A stretch of 64,000 nucleotides of DNA from Actinomycetota bacterium. Its GTDB lineage: Bacteria > Actinomycetota > Actinomycetes > S36-B12 > UBA5976. Position 1 is the stretch's first letter. Every line of letters begins with the position of its first letter. The notes under the pieces were generated by a model. The model did not search any database and had not been told where the DNA came from. It worked only from the letters and a program-made list of their open reading frames with translations. Shown piece by piece: positions 1-10,028 of this stretch. The stretch spans positions 1,994 through 65,993 of the forward strand of contig CANFOW010000003.1 in the NCBI GenBank assembly GCA_947448865.1, in the 5' to 3' direction. The translations under genes and the position numbers were made by a program.

Positions 1-831
1 ATTGATCGTCAGCTGCTGGTGAAGCGCAACAACACCAAGTACTGCTGCGACCACGGGATCAGCCAGCATCATGGTCGCTGCGACACCTGGCGCGATTCCG
101 TGAAGGCCAAGGATTTGAAGGGCATTCGCAAGGCCCATACTTACCACGCCAAGATAAAGAGCAACTAAGACGGATTGTGTGTTCCACTGAACCTGAATCA
201 CGTCACTTCGCACAATGAAAAACAATCCGCATGAGCCAATCAAGTAAGCCATGCCAGGCAATTGCATAGGATGACCACCAGCACGTATTTCTACCTTCGC
301 TGCAGTCAGGTACCCGCCAATACCTGTGCCTGCAATTGCCGCAAACAACAGTCCCTGGGCATCCTGAGTCTGCAACTCCCCTAACGAAGCAACCGCAAGT
401 CCAGACACTCCGATCGCCGTTGCAACAAACCACAGCGCTCGAAGTTTTTCGCGCAACACCAACCAGCCGACAATCCCAGCGGACACTGGAATACAACCCA
501 CTGTCACCAGAGCTGCAGTGGCCACACCGGCTCGCTCAACCGAGGCAAAGAAAAATGCTTGGTACGACGCTGATGTTAATGCCATCACCCACACACCTGG
601 TCGCACGAGCAGTCGTGGAAGTTGCCTGATTCGCCCACCAAAAAATGGGGACAGAATCAGTAACGACAGTGCACCTAACACCAAACGCACAAAGCCTATG
701 ACCGGTGCGGTGCTATTAAACGAATACAGCGCGGCGGCTGTACCAGCGGTGCCCGCTAAACCGTTACCAATGATAGACAGCGTGACAGAACGTCCTGCAT
801 GATGAGTTCCTTCGCCAACCGCGTCAGCCAT
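1..831 (-). CDS. EamA/DMT-family transporter, 3' end runs off the window
   Basis: Minus-strand frame is open from the ATG at 831 to position 1. It is absent from the ORF track because it has no stop in the window. My translation MADAVGEGTHHAGRSVTLSIIGNGLAGTAG...LADPVVAAVLGVVALHQQLTIN is a run of Gly/Ala-rich hydrophobic helices typical of EamA proteins. Confidence 0.5.
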   Translation of the reverse strand, partial: MADAVGEGTHHAGRSVTLSIIGNGLAGTAGTAAALYSFNSTAPVIGFVRLVLGALSLLILSPFFGGRIRQLPRLLVRPGVWVMALTSASYQAFFFASVERAGVATAALVTVGCIPVSAGIVGWLVLREKLRALWFVATAIGVSGLAVASLGELQTQDAQGLLFAAIAGTGIGGYLTAAKVEIRAGGHPMQLPGMAYLIGSCGLFFIVRSDVIQVQWNTQSVLVALYLGVVSMGLANALQILGLHGIAPGVAATMMLADPVVAAVLGVVALHQQLTIN

Positions 832-935
832 GAGCAATCACAGCAATAACGCAAAGGACCATTTTTCAATGCTATTGCAGTGTGCAAACACAATTGTCCG
901 AATCGCGTTCGCATCCCGACAGCAAATCTGGAAGT

Positions 936-1709
936 TTAAAGCACTGCCACTTGCATCAGTTGCTTGAAACCCGCTTCATCGTCTCCAACAAGCGTTATCC
1001 GAGGATCATCGCTCGTAATACGACCCCACAGATATAAGTCCATGGCTTCGGCATCACCTGAAATAGCAAGTCGAGCGTTCGGATCAACGCCGCGGGCTTG
1101 CACGACTGTTGCCTGTTCACGGGTAAATGTCAGCGTCCAGAATTTTGCACCGGCGCTTGTTTCAGCCGATACGGACACGATTCCGAAGTCCACATTGGGA
1201 GCACCGCTCCAAGACCCGAGTAGCGGCAGAAAATCCAACACTTCATCAACACCATCAACCGCGAGTTCTTCATCGATTTCGGTTGGAAGACCTCGTGCAA
1301 TCTGTGCATCACATCGGTGAATTACAGTTTCGTGAGCCATGCGCCGAAACCAGAAATCCACACTGAAGTCGCTGTGATGCCACGACCATGTTGTGCGTTC
1401 TGCTCGCGCAGGATCTAGTGCATTGATGATTGCGGCGTATCCAATTCCTAGAAGCTCAATGGAATCATCGACTCCATCAACAGTGACCAGATGCTCTTCA
1501 TTGTGCGGCCGATCACCTGTTTCGACAGCAAAAGCCTGATGCAAATACACCATTCCCATGTGCCCCGCTAACTCATGTGTGCTCCACTCAGGACATGACG
1601 GCACCGGCACAACAGGGCCTGCGAGGGCATCGACCATTAACGCATAATCTCGCTTGATGTGGTCAACGTAGTCACTACGTGAAAGTTCAGTTCCCGCTAC
1701 AGATCGCAT
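936..1709 (-). CDS. DinB / mycothiol-dependent maleylpyruvate isomerase-like metal-binding family protein
   Basis: 257-aa ORF. The N-terminus (...SCPEWSTHELAGHMGMVYLHQ...) resembles the actinobacterial DinB-like TIGR03083-type domain. Confidence 0.5.
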   Translation of the reverse strand: MRSVAGTELSRSDYVDHIKRDYALMVDALAGPVVPVPSCPEWSTHELAGHMGMVYLHQAFAVETGDRPHNEEHLVTVDGVDDSIELLGIGYAAIINALDPARAERTTWSWHHSDFSVDFWFRRMAHETVIHRCDAQIARGLPTEIDEELAVDGVDEVLDFLPLLGSWSGAPNVDFGIVSVSAETSAGAKFWTLTFTREQATVVQARGVDPNARLAISGDAEAMDLYLWGRITSDDPRITLVGDDEAGFKQLMQVAVL

Positions 1710-1780
1710 GACGTCAAGTCTATTCAGCGGCAGTCAAATACAACCGTTGACAGCGCATTCACGAGATGTAAGCATCAGAT

Positions 1781-2077
1781 ATGAAATTTCTGAAATCACG
1801 TTCGCCCGGAGCACTCATGTTGCTCGCATCGCCATTTATCGCATTAAGTCCAGCAATCATGGCACTCATACTGACACCTTTTTGTCCAGGCGGTATCAGC
1901 GGTGCAAACGAAGGAAATTGTGCTGCGGCGGCACTACCGTGGTTCCTCTTCGCAACTGTGCCACTCGGAATACTTGTCGCGATTGCAGGATTCATCGCAA
2001 TTATTGTTCGTGCCGCATCTAACTCACGTCGCCCACCAACAGAAAATGCAGATAATACGACGAACCAAACTAACTAG
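1781..2077 (+). CDS. small hypothetical membrane protein
   Basis: 98-aa ORF with two hydrophobic segments (LMLLASPFIALSPAIMALIL, LPWFLFATVPLGILVAIAGFIAIIV). It fills the gap between flanking genes. No recognisable family. Confidence 0.3.
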   Translation: MKFLKSRSPGALMLLASPFIALSPAIMALILTPFCPGGISGANEGNCAAAALPWFLFATVPLGILVAIAGFIAIIVRAASNSRRPPTENADNTTNQTN

Positions 2078-2089
2078 GCAGCATCCTCA

Positions 2090-2923
2090 CTAGGCCTGAG
2101 ACCACGCCTGGATATCGTTGAGAATCTTGACCCAACCTTTATAGTCCACTGTTTGTGGCGACGCACCTGCAATTGTTGTTCCAATGTTGCGCCTGAAGTC
2201 AGGAAACATTTTCTCAACATCTCCAAATGAATCTGTATACGTTCTAATAGTGAACAGAATGTCACCTGATAGCGGTAGCTTTCGCAGTGTCTGGCGTTCG
2301 CGTCTAAAATACAACGTGTCTGAAATGTTCTCGGAATTGACCGCAATTGCATCAGGATCACGCACTGCAACTGGTTGATGTAGATCTTTGCTATCCATCA
2401 CAGTCCAATTCACTCGCGAGATTGGACGGTCAACAGTTAATTTGTCGAAAATGTTTTGCGTTGCCACACCAATTTTTTCTTCATAATGAGGAACCGGATC
2501 GTGAATACCAAGCAGGCTCTTGCCAATTTTGTCTCGAGGGTCCCATCGGCTAGGGAAACAGACACTTGCTGCAGAAAGTACCCACTCTTGACCCACCTGA
2601 GTCATCACACATAAATCTTCTTGGACTAGTAAAGATGCTGCAAGTAACGGGTGCATTGACGAATCTACCGAGATTGGGTTCGGCCACCTGTCCGGGAAAA
2701 CGCGCTCGAGATGCTCAATAAGCATGTCGAGAACTTCACGTGACCCTGCATCGCCCAATGGCAAATGCAGAAATACTTCGTCACATTTAGTCTCAACGAG
2801 ATGATGCTTCAGAGCGATTTCTTCCTCATAAGAATCGCTAATTTCAATCCACGTGTCGAGATCAAGTTTGCGAGCGCCTATGTGGACTCGATCTGGCTTT
2901 CCATCAACGGGCATGTACACCAT
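2090..2923 (-). CDS. DUF3445 / haem-dependent oxidative N-demethylase alpha-subunit-like protein
   Basis: 277-aa ORF. The segment VCFPSRWDPRDKIGKSLLGIHDPVPHY matches my memory of the DUF3445 (HODM-like) signature. Confidence 0.5.
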   Translation of the reverse strand: MVYMPVDGKPDRVHIGARKLDLDTWIEISDSYEEEIALKHHLVETKCDEVFLHLPLGDAGSREVLDMLIEHLERVFPDRWPNPISVDSSMHPLLAASLLVQEDLCVMTQVGQEWVLSAASVCFPSRWDPRDKIGKSLLGIHDPVPHYEEKIGVATQNIFDKLTVDRPISRVNWTVMDSKDLHQPVAVRDPDAIAVNSENISDTLYFRRERQTLRKLPLSGDILFTIRTYTDSFGDVEKMFPDFRRNIGTTIAGASPQTVDYKGWVKILNDIQAWSQA

Positions 2924-2938
2924 GTACGAGACGCTCCT

Positions 2939-4081
2939 CTATTCGGGAAGTAACCGATATGCGCGGCGGGCATTGTCGTTTGCCATCCACCCGAGATACT
3001 TCACAGCGTCGTCGTATCCAAGTCCATCGGACTGCACCCATTTGTGCAAGATGTCACCCATCGCTCGACGCCACACAAGCGTGCCAACAAAGTACAACTC
3101 TGGTAATCCAAACGCGTCCGATGAAAACAGAACTTTACTCATCGGCGCCATTTCGACGGAATGCGACACAATTGTGGGACTAGAAAGTCCAGTCCAGTGA
3201 GCTGATGCACCCGTATCCAAATATACATGCGGATAAACCTGGGCAAGGTATCCCGCTTCGCGTGTGAATGGGTAGCAGTGCAACAACATCATTGATGTGC
3301 CGGAATCAACCGTCATGCGCAAAAATTCAGTCATTTGTGTTGGATCGCAACGATGCATGACGATGTCCGAATCTCCATAACCAACATGGAATTGGATGGC
3401 GCGTTTGTAATCCACGGCCTCCCACAAAATGTGTCTCAATAAGACAGGGTGATCCATGCGAATCTTGCCGCGTTGTTCGTTGCTCGCCAACCACTCGCCT
3501 GTTGCGACTTCAACTTCGGACTTACTTGGACGCGCAGGATTGAAATCTAAGCCATACCGATACGCGATGATGGACTTAAAACCAATTGCATCTTTGGATG
3601 CCAGCGCTAATGCGGCTGCATAGTCAGCAATAAACGTGGAAGCCGTCGTGTTGTGAGCCATCTGCTCGGCAACTGTTTCAAGTCTCACAATCTCGAACGC
3701 ACGTGAACCTGGGACGAGTTCTTGCATCTCACTTGGTAGTAGAACGTTGTCGCTCTTGAAACCCGAATCTACGATAAAAGTACTAATGCCTGTGGCTGGA
3801 ACAAGTCGACGTGAAACTTCGGCTTGTCCTAATTCATATCGACGATTGAAGTAATCATCTGGTGAACTGTGGCGAGGCAAGTCGAGCAACGACGCACATT
3901 CTGAACGCATCATGATTCCGACTGGCGAATCAAAAATCGTCATGCCATTCGGTTCTGGCCAATCTGATTCCGTTGCAGTAATTTCAAAAACGGGGCGCTC
4001 AATATTTCCGCGAATCACGCCGTGACAATGATTATCTGTCAGCGGAATAGTTGCGGCAATCTCCTGAAGTGACGGTTTCAT
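2939..4081 (-). CDS. metal-dependent amidohydrolase (TIM-barrel) family protein
   Basis: 380-aa ORF with N-terminal metal motif TDNHCHG and later His/Asp-containing strands (FHVGYGDSD, LHCYP). It is divergent from the GS-like gene. Confidence 0.5.
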   Translation of the reverse strand: MKPSLQEIAATIPLTDNHCHGVIRGNIERPVFEITATESDWPEPNGMTIFDSPVGIMMRSECASLLDLPRHSSPDDYFNRRYELGQAEVSRRLVPATGISTFIVDSGFKSDNVLLPSEMQELVPGSRAFEIVRLETVAEQMAHNTTASTFIADYAAALALASKDAIGFKSIIAYRYGLDFNPARPSKSEVEVATGEWLASNEQRGKIRMDHPVLLRHILWEAVDYKRAIQFHVGYGDSDIVMHRCDPTQMTEFLRMTVDSGTSMMLLHCYPFTREAGYLAQVYPHVYLDTGASAHWTGLSSPTIVSHSVEMAPMSKVLFSSDAFGLPELYFVGTLVWRRAMGDILHKWVQSDGLGYDDAVKYLGWMANDNARRAYRLLPE

Positions 4082-4159
4082 GACTGCTACGCTACCTGCA
4101 AGAAGCGTTGAGTTTCGTGCTTTTTCTCGCTTCGGTGCGTCAGGAATTGAGGTTCACAC

Positions 4160-5473
4160 ATGAGCGACGGCGAGATTGTATTACTCACATGGAGCGACTA
4201 TGTCGGATTCATGCGTTGCCGAGGCGTCCCGGTAGAACAAATCGAAAGCCGCATGGAATACGGGCTTGGCTGGGCCGTTGCTGGGCAAGCTCAAACGCCG
4301 TTCGCTGATCTCGCGCCTAATCCTTGGGGTCCGATGCTTGAAGTGCGACAAGTCCCAGTCCCTGAAACTAAAACGCGCATCGACATTTGGGATGATGCAC
4401 CGGCCTACCACTTCTATTTGTGCGATTCAAAGACTAACGATGGCCAGAACTGGGATTGTTGTACGCGTGGCTTTTACAAAAATGCGCTCGCTGCATTTAA
4501 AGCCGAAACAGGTTTAGATTTTCTTGCTGCATTTGAACATGAATTCATGCTGGTCGGAGACCCATTGCCACCTGCTCCATCATTCACACTCGAAACTATG
4601 CGCAATGTCGCGAAGTTCACCTCAGATGTCACTAAGGCTCTCACACAAGCAAACGTTGGACTTGAAACGGTCGAACCCGAGTTCGGCGTTCACCAATACG
4701 AAATCACATCTGCCCCTGCGGTCGGTATTCATGCCGCAGAACGTGCAATCATCACCCGAGAAGTTATTCGCGAAGCCGCACGCCGTCTTGGGTACCGCGC
4801 TACCTTTACGCCAAAAGTTGATCCAGATGGCGTGGGCAATGGTGCTCACGTTCACTTTAGTTTCTTGGATGCACAAGGGAACAATGCGACCTACGACAAC
4901 ACCCAACCGAATAATGCGAGCGTTGTCGCACAACAGTTCATCGCTGGTGTGACTCGACATATGCCCGCGATTTGTGCATTGACTTCACCGAGCCCAGTGT
5001 CTTATTTACGCCTCGGTCCTCATCACTGGGCTTGCGGTTACGCGAGCTTTGGTGTGCAAAATCGTGAAGCCGCAATACGTATTTGTCCATCCCCGGCACG
5101 TGATGCCGCAGCAGCAGCGAAGGGATTCAACCTCGAACTACGCGCACCGGATGCCACCGCCAGTCCGTATTTAGTACTCGGAGCACTCGTGCTCGCTGGA
5201 CTTCAAGGCATTCGTGAAAAATTGCCACTCCCAGCGAGCGTTGATGAAGATCCTGCTGACCTGACGGATGCGCAGCGTGAGTCACTAGGAATTAAAGCTC
5301 TCCCAAGTTCACTTGCCGAAGCTCTTGATTTAATGGACGCCGATCCCATAGTTCGCGCGTGGATGCCTGCGACTATGTACGAATCATATGTCTCAGTGAA
5401 ACGTACTGAGATTGAACTCGCCAAAGATTTGACTGACGCAGAATTGTGTAAGCGATACGCGGACGTGTACTAA
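4160..5473 (+). CDS. glutamine synthetase family protein (gamma-glutamyl ligase-like)
   Basis: 437-aa ORF with GS catalytic-domain motifs (AAFEHEFML, NGAHVHFSF, RICPSP, ELRAPDATASPYL). Confidence 0.7.
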   Translation: MSDGEIVLLTWSDYVGFMRCRGVPVEQIESRMEYGLGWAVAGQAQTPFADLAPNPWGPMLEVRQVPVPETKTRIDIWDDAPAYHFYLCDSKTNDGQNWDCCTRGFYKNALAAFKAETGLDFLAAFEHEFMLVGDPLPPAPSFTLETMRNVAKFTSDVTKALTQANVGLETVEPEFGVHQYEITSAPAVGIHAAERAIITREVIREAARRLGYRATFTPKVDPDGVGNGAHVHFSFLDAQGNNATYDNTQPNNASVVAQQFIAGVTRHMPAICALTSPSPVSYLRLGPHHWACGYASFGVQNREAAIRICPSPARDAAAAAKGFNLELRAPDATASPYLVLGALVLAGLQGIREKLPLPASVDEDPADLTDAQRESLGIKALPSSLAEALDLMDADPIVRAWMPATMYESYVSVKRTEIELAKDLTDAELCKRYADVY

Positions 5474-5511
5474 ACAGATGTGACTTCGAAAGTTCTGATG
5501 ACAATCAGTTC

Positions 5512-6264
5512 TTAGAATCCGCCAGTCAGCGAGACTCCGCCATCGAGCACGATAGTTTGCCCTGTAATCCACGCTGCATCATCCGAAGCAAGAAACGCTA
5601 CAGCTGCAGCCACATCTTCAGGACGGCCAAGTCGCTTCAACGCATATTTTTGCGAACGTTCAAGTTCATGTTGTTCATACAACTTTGCAGCAAATTTTGT
5701 TTTCACAACTGCGGGCGCCAAGGCATTGACTCGAATTTGTGGTCCGAGCTCCACGGCAAGTTGACGCGTCAGGTGATTGAGCGCTGCCTTGCTCACGCCG
5801 TACATTCCTAAACCAGTTTCAGGAAGTAATCCTGCCAGCGAGGTGATGTTCACAATGGAGCCACCGCTCGTTGCCATCCAACTATCGTGCGCCAACTTTG
5901 TCCACGCAATTGTGGCAAGCAGGTTTACATCAAGAATCTTGCGGGCCGCAGACTCATCAACACTGAGAAGATCACCATAGTAGGGATTTATTCCACAGTT
6001 ATTGACTAGCACGTCAAGGCGACCAAAATGCGAAAGAGCTGCCTCGACAGCCAATCCCTGATGCTCGGCATCATCACTTGCCCCAGCAACTGCAACTGCA
6101 AATTCAGGTCCACCTAGTTGCGCGACAGCGTCATTCAGTGCGTCAATCTTTCGGGCGGTAATAACAACTCGAGCACCCTCGTCAACTAGTCGTTGAGCGG
6201 ACGCTAAGCCAATGCCTCGACTAGCTCCGGTGATTAGTGCGACTTTGCCTTCAAACCGATTCAT
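5512..6264 (-). CDS. SDR family oxidoreductase
   Basis: 250 aa with TGASRGIG cofactor motif, NNCG, and YxxxK (YGVSKAAL). Confidence 0.8.
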   Translation of the reverse strand: MNRFEGKVALITGASRGIGLASAQRLVDEGARVVITARKIDALNDAVAQLGGPEFAVAVAGASDDAEHQGLAVEAALSHFGRLDVLVNNCGINPYYGDLLSVDESAARKILDVNLLATIAWTKLAHDSWMATSGGSIVNITSLAGLLPETGLGMYGVSKAALNHLTRQLAVELGPQIRVNALAPAVVKTKFAAKLYEQHELERSQKYALKRLGRPEDVAAAVAFLASDDAAWITGQTIVLDGGVSLTGGF

Positions 6265-6308
6265 GTTAAACCTCGTAACTACGTTTTATCATGCACTCGC
6301 TGCACACA

Positions 6309-7046
6309 TTAGATTGACAGACCGCCATCAACTGGCAAAACAACTCCAGTGACATAGGACGCTTCTTGTGAGGCAAGAAATCCAACTGCAGGGCACATCT
6401 CATGTGGCGCACCCCAACGACCTACTGGAATTTCTGCTGCTAACTGATCACGCTTTTCGGCAGGAATTGAATCAATCATTCGTGTGGAAGCATTTGGCGA
6501 AATCGCATTAACTGTGACACCAAACCGGGCCAATTCTTTGGCCGTTGTCTTTGTGAAACCGATAATACCTGCTTTTGCAGCGCCATAGTTTGATTGACCA
6601 ATGTTTCCATGCAAGCCGGTGTAGGACGTCACGTTAATAATGCGTCCGAAGTTTTGCTCGCGAAAGAATGGTGTACATGCTCGTGTGAATCGGAAGGTGC
6701 CACCTAAATGCACACCAAGCACCATGTCCCAATCCTCGTCAGTCATTTTCCATACCACGCCATCACGCAAAATACCCGCGTTATTTACCAGCACATCTAT
6801 CCGTCCAGTCGTCGAAACGACTTGGGCCACGACTCGATCGACGTCCTGCGTGACACTGACGTCCGCTTGAATACCTACTGCGCCAATGGAAAGCGCAGCG
6901 CTCGTCACTTCGTCGCCATCCATGTCAACCATGAATACATCAGCCTGCGCATCGACAAAGAAGCGTGCTAACTCGAGACCAATTCCACGCGCAGCGCCGG
7001 TCACAATGATGGATTGTTGATCGAAATTAAAGGACATGTTTCCCAT
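6309..7046 (-). CDS. SDR family oxidoreductase (3-oxoacyl/3-hydroxyacyl reductase-like)
   Basis: 245 aa with TGAARGIG, NNAG and YGAAKAG motifs. Its start overlaps the thiolase stop (TAATG). Confidence 0.8.
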   Translation of the reverse strand: MGNMSFNFDQQSIIVTGAARGIGLELARFFVDAQADVFMVDMDGDEVTSAALSIGAVGIQADVSVTQDVDRVVAQVVSTTGRIDVLVNNAGILRDGVVWKMTDEDWDMVLGVHLGGTFRFTRACTPFFREQNFGRIINVTSYTGLHGNIGQSNYGAAKAGIIGFTKTTAKELARFGVTVNAISPNASTRMIDSIPAEKRDQLAAEIPVGRWGAPHEMCPAVGFLASQEASYVTGVVLPVDGGLSI

Positions 7047-8272
7047 TACGAAAGCCTTTCAAGAATCATGGCCATGCCTTGACCGCCACCAACGCACATC
7101 GTCTCAAGGCCAAACTGTTTGTCATGAAATTTCAGCGAATTAATTAACGTTGAAGTAATGCGGGCGCCTGTCATCCCAAATGGATGACCGACAGCAATTG
7201 CTCCGCCGTTGACATTGACTCGGTCTTGCGAAACGCCAAGTTCGCGAATACTTGGAATGACTTGTGCCGCAAACGCTTCATTGATTTCGACCAAGTCAAT
7301 GTCAGACATAGACATACCTGCTCGTGACAACGCTTGTCGTGATGCTTCAACTGGACCAAGCCCCATAATTTCCGGCGACAAGCCCGTCAAGCCGGTCGAC
7401 ACAATTCGAGCGAGTGGAGTGATCCCGAGTTCCTTCGCTTTGATGTCGCTCATCACAACAAGTGCGGCTGCTCCATCGTTCAGCGGACAACAGTTACCCG
7501 CTGTGACAGTTCCATCGGGGCGAAACACTGGCTTCAGTTGCGACACGCCTTCAAGTGTCACGCCAGGGCGCGGACCATCATCGGCAGGTACAACACTGCC
7601 ATCCCCTAGCACAACGGGCGTAATGTCTGTGGCCCAAAAACCATTAGCTATCGCCTCTTGAGCCAGTTGTTGACTGCGCACACCAAAAGCGTCCTGATCA
7701 GCACGACTCACACCCATCAGGCTGGCAACATTTTCCGCTGTCTGACCCATTGCTATATATATGTCAGGCAAGGCATCTAGGGCACGCGGGTCGCGCCAGT
7801 CACTCGGTTCGGTGGCGCGTACTTGGCTTCGTTCGAGCGCAGCGGCAAAAACGGGATTCAACGTACCTTCCATAAAGTCAGCCCACCCGTGTGGGTATCG
7901 GCTGACTGTCTCAACGCCGCCCGAGATGAATACGTCGCCTTCCCCAGCTCGAATGGCATGCATAGCCATGCGCGTGGTTTGCAAGCTTGACGAACAGTAG
8001 CGATTTACCGTCACTCCAGGCACAGTATCGAGCCCGAGCATCACTGCAACAACTCGCGCAATGTTGTAGCCCGACTCTCCTGCAGGCGATCCACAACCGA
8101 TGAGGACATCATCGATCGTTGAGGGATCCAGGGATGGAATTTGCTCAAGGACATTGCGAACCATTTGAGCCAACAAATCATCAGGACGCATCGACCGTAA
8201 TGATCCTTTTTCAGCACGACCTATCGGTGAACGTGCAGTGGCAACAATGACGGCCTCGGGCACACTAGCCAC
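7046..8272 (-). CDS. acetyl-CoA C-acyltransferase (thiolase)
   Basis: 408 aa with active-site regions NRYCSSSLQ, NEAFA, GGAIAVGHPFGMTG and CVGGGQG. Confidence 0.85.
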   Translation of the reverse strand: MASVPEAVIVATARSPIGRAEKGSLRSMRPDDLLAQMVRNVLEQIPSLDPSTIDDVLIGCGSPAGESGYNIARVVAVMLGLDTVPGVTVNRYCSSSLQTTRMAMHAIRAGEGDVFISGGVETVSRYPHGWADFMEGTLNPVFAAALERSQVRATEPSDWRDPRALDALPDIYIAMGQTAENVASLMGVSRADQDAFGVRSQQLAQEAIANGFWATDITPVVLGDGSVVPADDGPRPGVTLEGVSQLKPVFRPDGTVTAGNCCPLNDGAAALVVMSDIKAKELGITPLARIVSTGLTGLSPEIMGLGPVEASRQALSRAGMSMSDIDLVEINEAFAAQVIPSIRELGVSQDRVNVNGGAIAVGHPFGMTGARITSTLINSLKFHDKQFGLETMCVGGGQGMAMILERLS

Positions 8273-8325
8273 CTTTCTCTTCAGACACCACGCTACGGCA
8301 CACAGTCCAGCGCAGCGTCATAACA

Positions 8326-8781
8326 TCACGGAACGAGCAGAGTCACGGTTTGCGCGACGCATACGGGCTTATCGAAATCCTTGCGCTCAACAGTCACGTT
8401 AGACACGACGGTCACGCCTCGCTCGGTGTGTGTGACTTCAGCAAGCTCTACACCCGCGCGTATCAAGGAACCTACCGGCGTGGGTGATGGGAAACGTACT
8501 TTGTTCAATCCGTAGTTAATCGTCATGCTCACGTTGGAAACGGTATAAATGTCCCACACCAGTGCTGAAATCATTGACAACGTCAGATACCCATGGGCAA
8601 TAGTCGATCCGAATGGTCCCGCACTTGCTCGCTGTGGGTCAACATGAATCCATTGCTCGTCACCAGTTGCATGCGCAAATTCGTCAATCATATTTTGGGT
8701 AACTTCACGCCACTGGCTGTAGCCAAGATGTTGTCCTGTGGCTTCAAAGACTTCTTCAACATGTGCGAAGTTGCGAGTCAT
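8326..8781 (-). CDS. MaoC-like (R)-specific enoyl-CoA hydratase/dehydratase
   Basis: 151 aa with hot-dog fold motif FAHATGDEQWIHVDPQRA...STIAHGYL. Confidence 0.75.
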   Translation of the reverse strand: MTRNFAHVEEVFEATGQHLGYSQWREVTQNMIDEFAHATGDEQWIHVDPQRASAGPFGSTIAHGYLTLSMISALVWDIYTVSNVSMTINYGLNKVRFPSPTPVGSLIRAGVELAEVTHTERGVTVVSNVTVERKDFDKPVCVAQTVTLLVP

Positions 8782-9911
8782 CGATTCAAACCTGCACGAG
8801 CTGGCGAAAGCGCATCAAGATCAACGCCGCGATCAATGAGATCCTGTGGTGCGCCTTGGCCACGAACAAGTGATGCAGATAGGCGCGCGAGTGCCGGCGA
8901 GGTCTGTATTCCGTAACCACCTTGACCAACCATCCAGAAAAAACCTTCTGCACCTGCGTCGTATCCCACAATCGGATTTTCATCAGGAGCAAAGGTACGC
9001 AGGCCACCCCAACTTGAATTAACGCTCTTAATGTTCAACGTAGTTGCATCATTGAGTTCATCAATAGCTCGCGCGATTTCAAGAGTGTCTGGCGAAGCAT
9101 CGCACGGCTCGCTTGGAGTTTGGTCCATTGGCGAGCATAGGAATTGATGACCCTCAGGTTTAAAGTAATACGCGCCATCAATGTCACCGACGATTGGCAG
9201 ATTCTTTGTCGCATCTCCTTGCGGCGAGTTCACAAGAAATATTGAACGCACTTTAGGTACTAGTCCACTCGCGGCGATTCCTGCATGAGTAGCAACATCG
9301 TCACCCCATGCTCCAGCGGCATTCACTATGACGTCAGCAGAAAACTTTTCGCCTGAGGCTACCGCGATCTCCCAGCGTCCGTTGATTCGCTGAGCGTCAA
9401 CAACGCGAGCCGACTTCTCGATGTGACCAGAGTTCGCCCGGAAACCTCGCACATAGCCTTGATGTATTGCCAAGACATCAAGTTCCATCGAATTGGGATC
9501 ATAGAATCCTGACTCAACATGTTCTCGTTTCATCACGGGACAAATCTCAATGACTTCATCGGCGCTTAATAGCCTTGAGTTAGGGACCCAGCGACTCACG
9601 GCCGCATTAAACGCTTCAATTTCAGCAGAGCGCCCATGCTTGGCGTACATGATGAGCGGCAATGGACTTAGCGGAGCGCTTTCAATAAAACTAGGTGGGT
9701 TTTCCAGAAAAGCTCGGCTTCCGGTTGTGAGCGCACGAATCTGATCAGTACCCAATGCCTCTAAGAACGTGGCGGCTGACCTGCCTGTTGTATGAAATGC
9801 GAGTGCACTTTCCATTTCCAAAACACATACACTGCGATCATTGGACAATTCGTAGGCAATCGAGACTCCAGCGATACCGCCGCCAATAACAATGACATCA
9901 AAATTTTTCAT
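8778..9911 (-). CDS. FAD-dependent oxidoreductase (DAO family)
   Basis: 377 aa with N-terminal dinucleotide motif VIVIGGGIAGVSIAYEL. It overlaps the MaoC gene by 4 nt. Confidence 0.7.
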   Translation of the reverse strand: MKNFDVIVIGGGIAGVSIAYELSNDRSVCVLEMESALAFHTTGRSAATFLEALGTDQIRALTTGSRAFLENPPSFIESAPLSPLPLIMYAKHGRSAEIEAFNAAVSRWVPNSRLLSADEVIEICPVMKREHVESGFYDPNSMELDVLAIHQGYVRGFRANSGHIEKSARVVDAQRINGRWEIAVASGEKFSADVIVNAAGAWGDDVATHAGIAASGLVPKVRSIFLVNSPQGDATKNLPIVGDIDGAYYFKPEGHQFLCSPMDQTPSEPCDASPDTLEIARAIDELNDATTLNIKSVNSSWGGLRTFAPDENPIVGYDAGAEGFFWMVGQGGYGIQTSPALARLSASLVRGQGAPQDLIDRGVDLDALSPARAGLNR

Positions 9912-10028
9912 GACGACTCCGTCGACTCGCTTGTGCGGGATTTAGCCTGATTCATACAGTACTAATGGGATGTGTCCTGGGGTTGGTGTTCTCGCACAAA
10001 CTTGGTCACATTTTTCAGCGCCTCGGCA

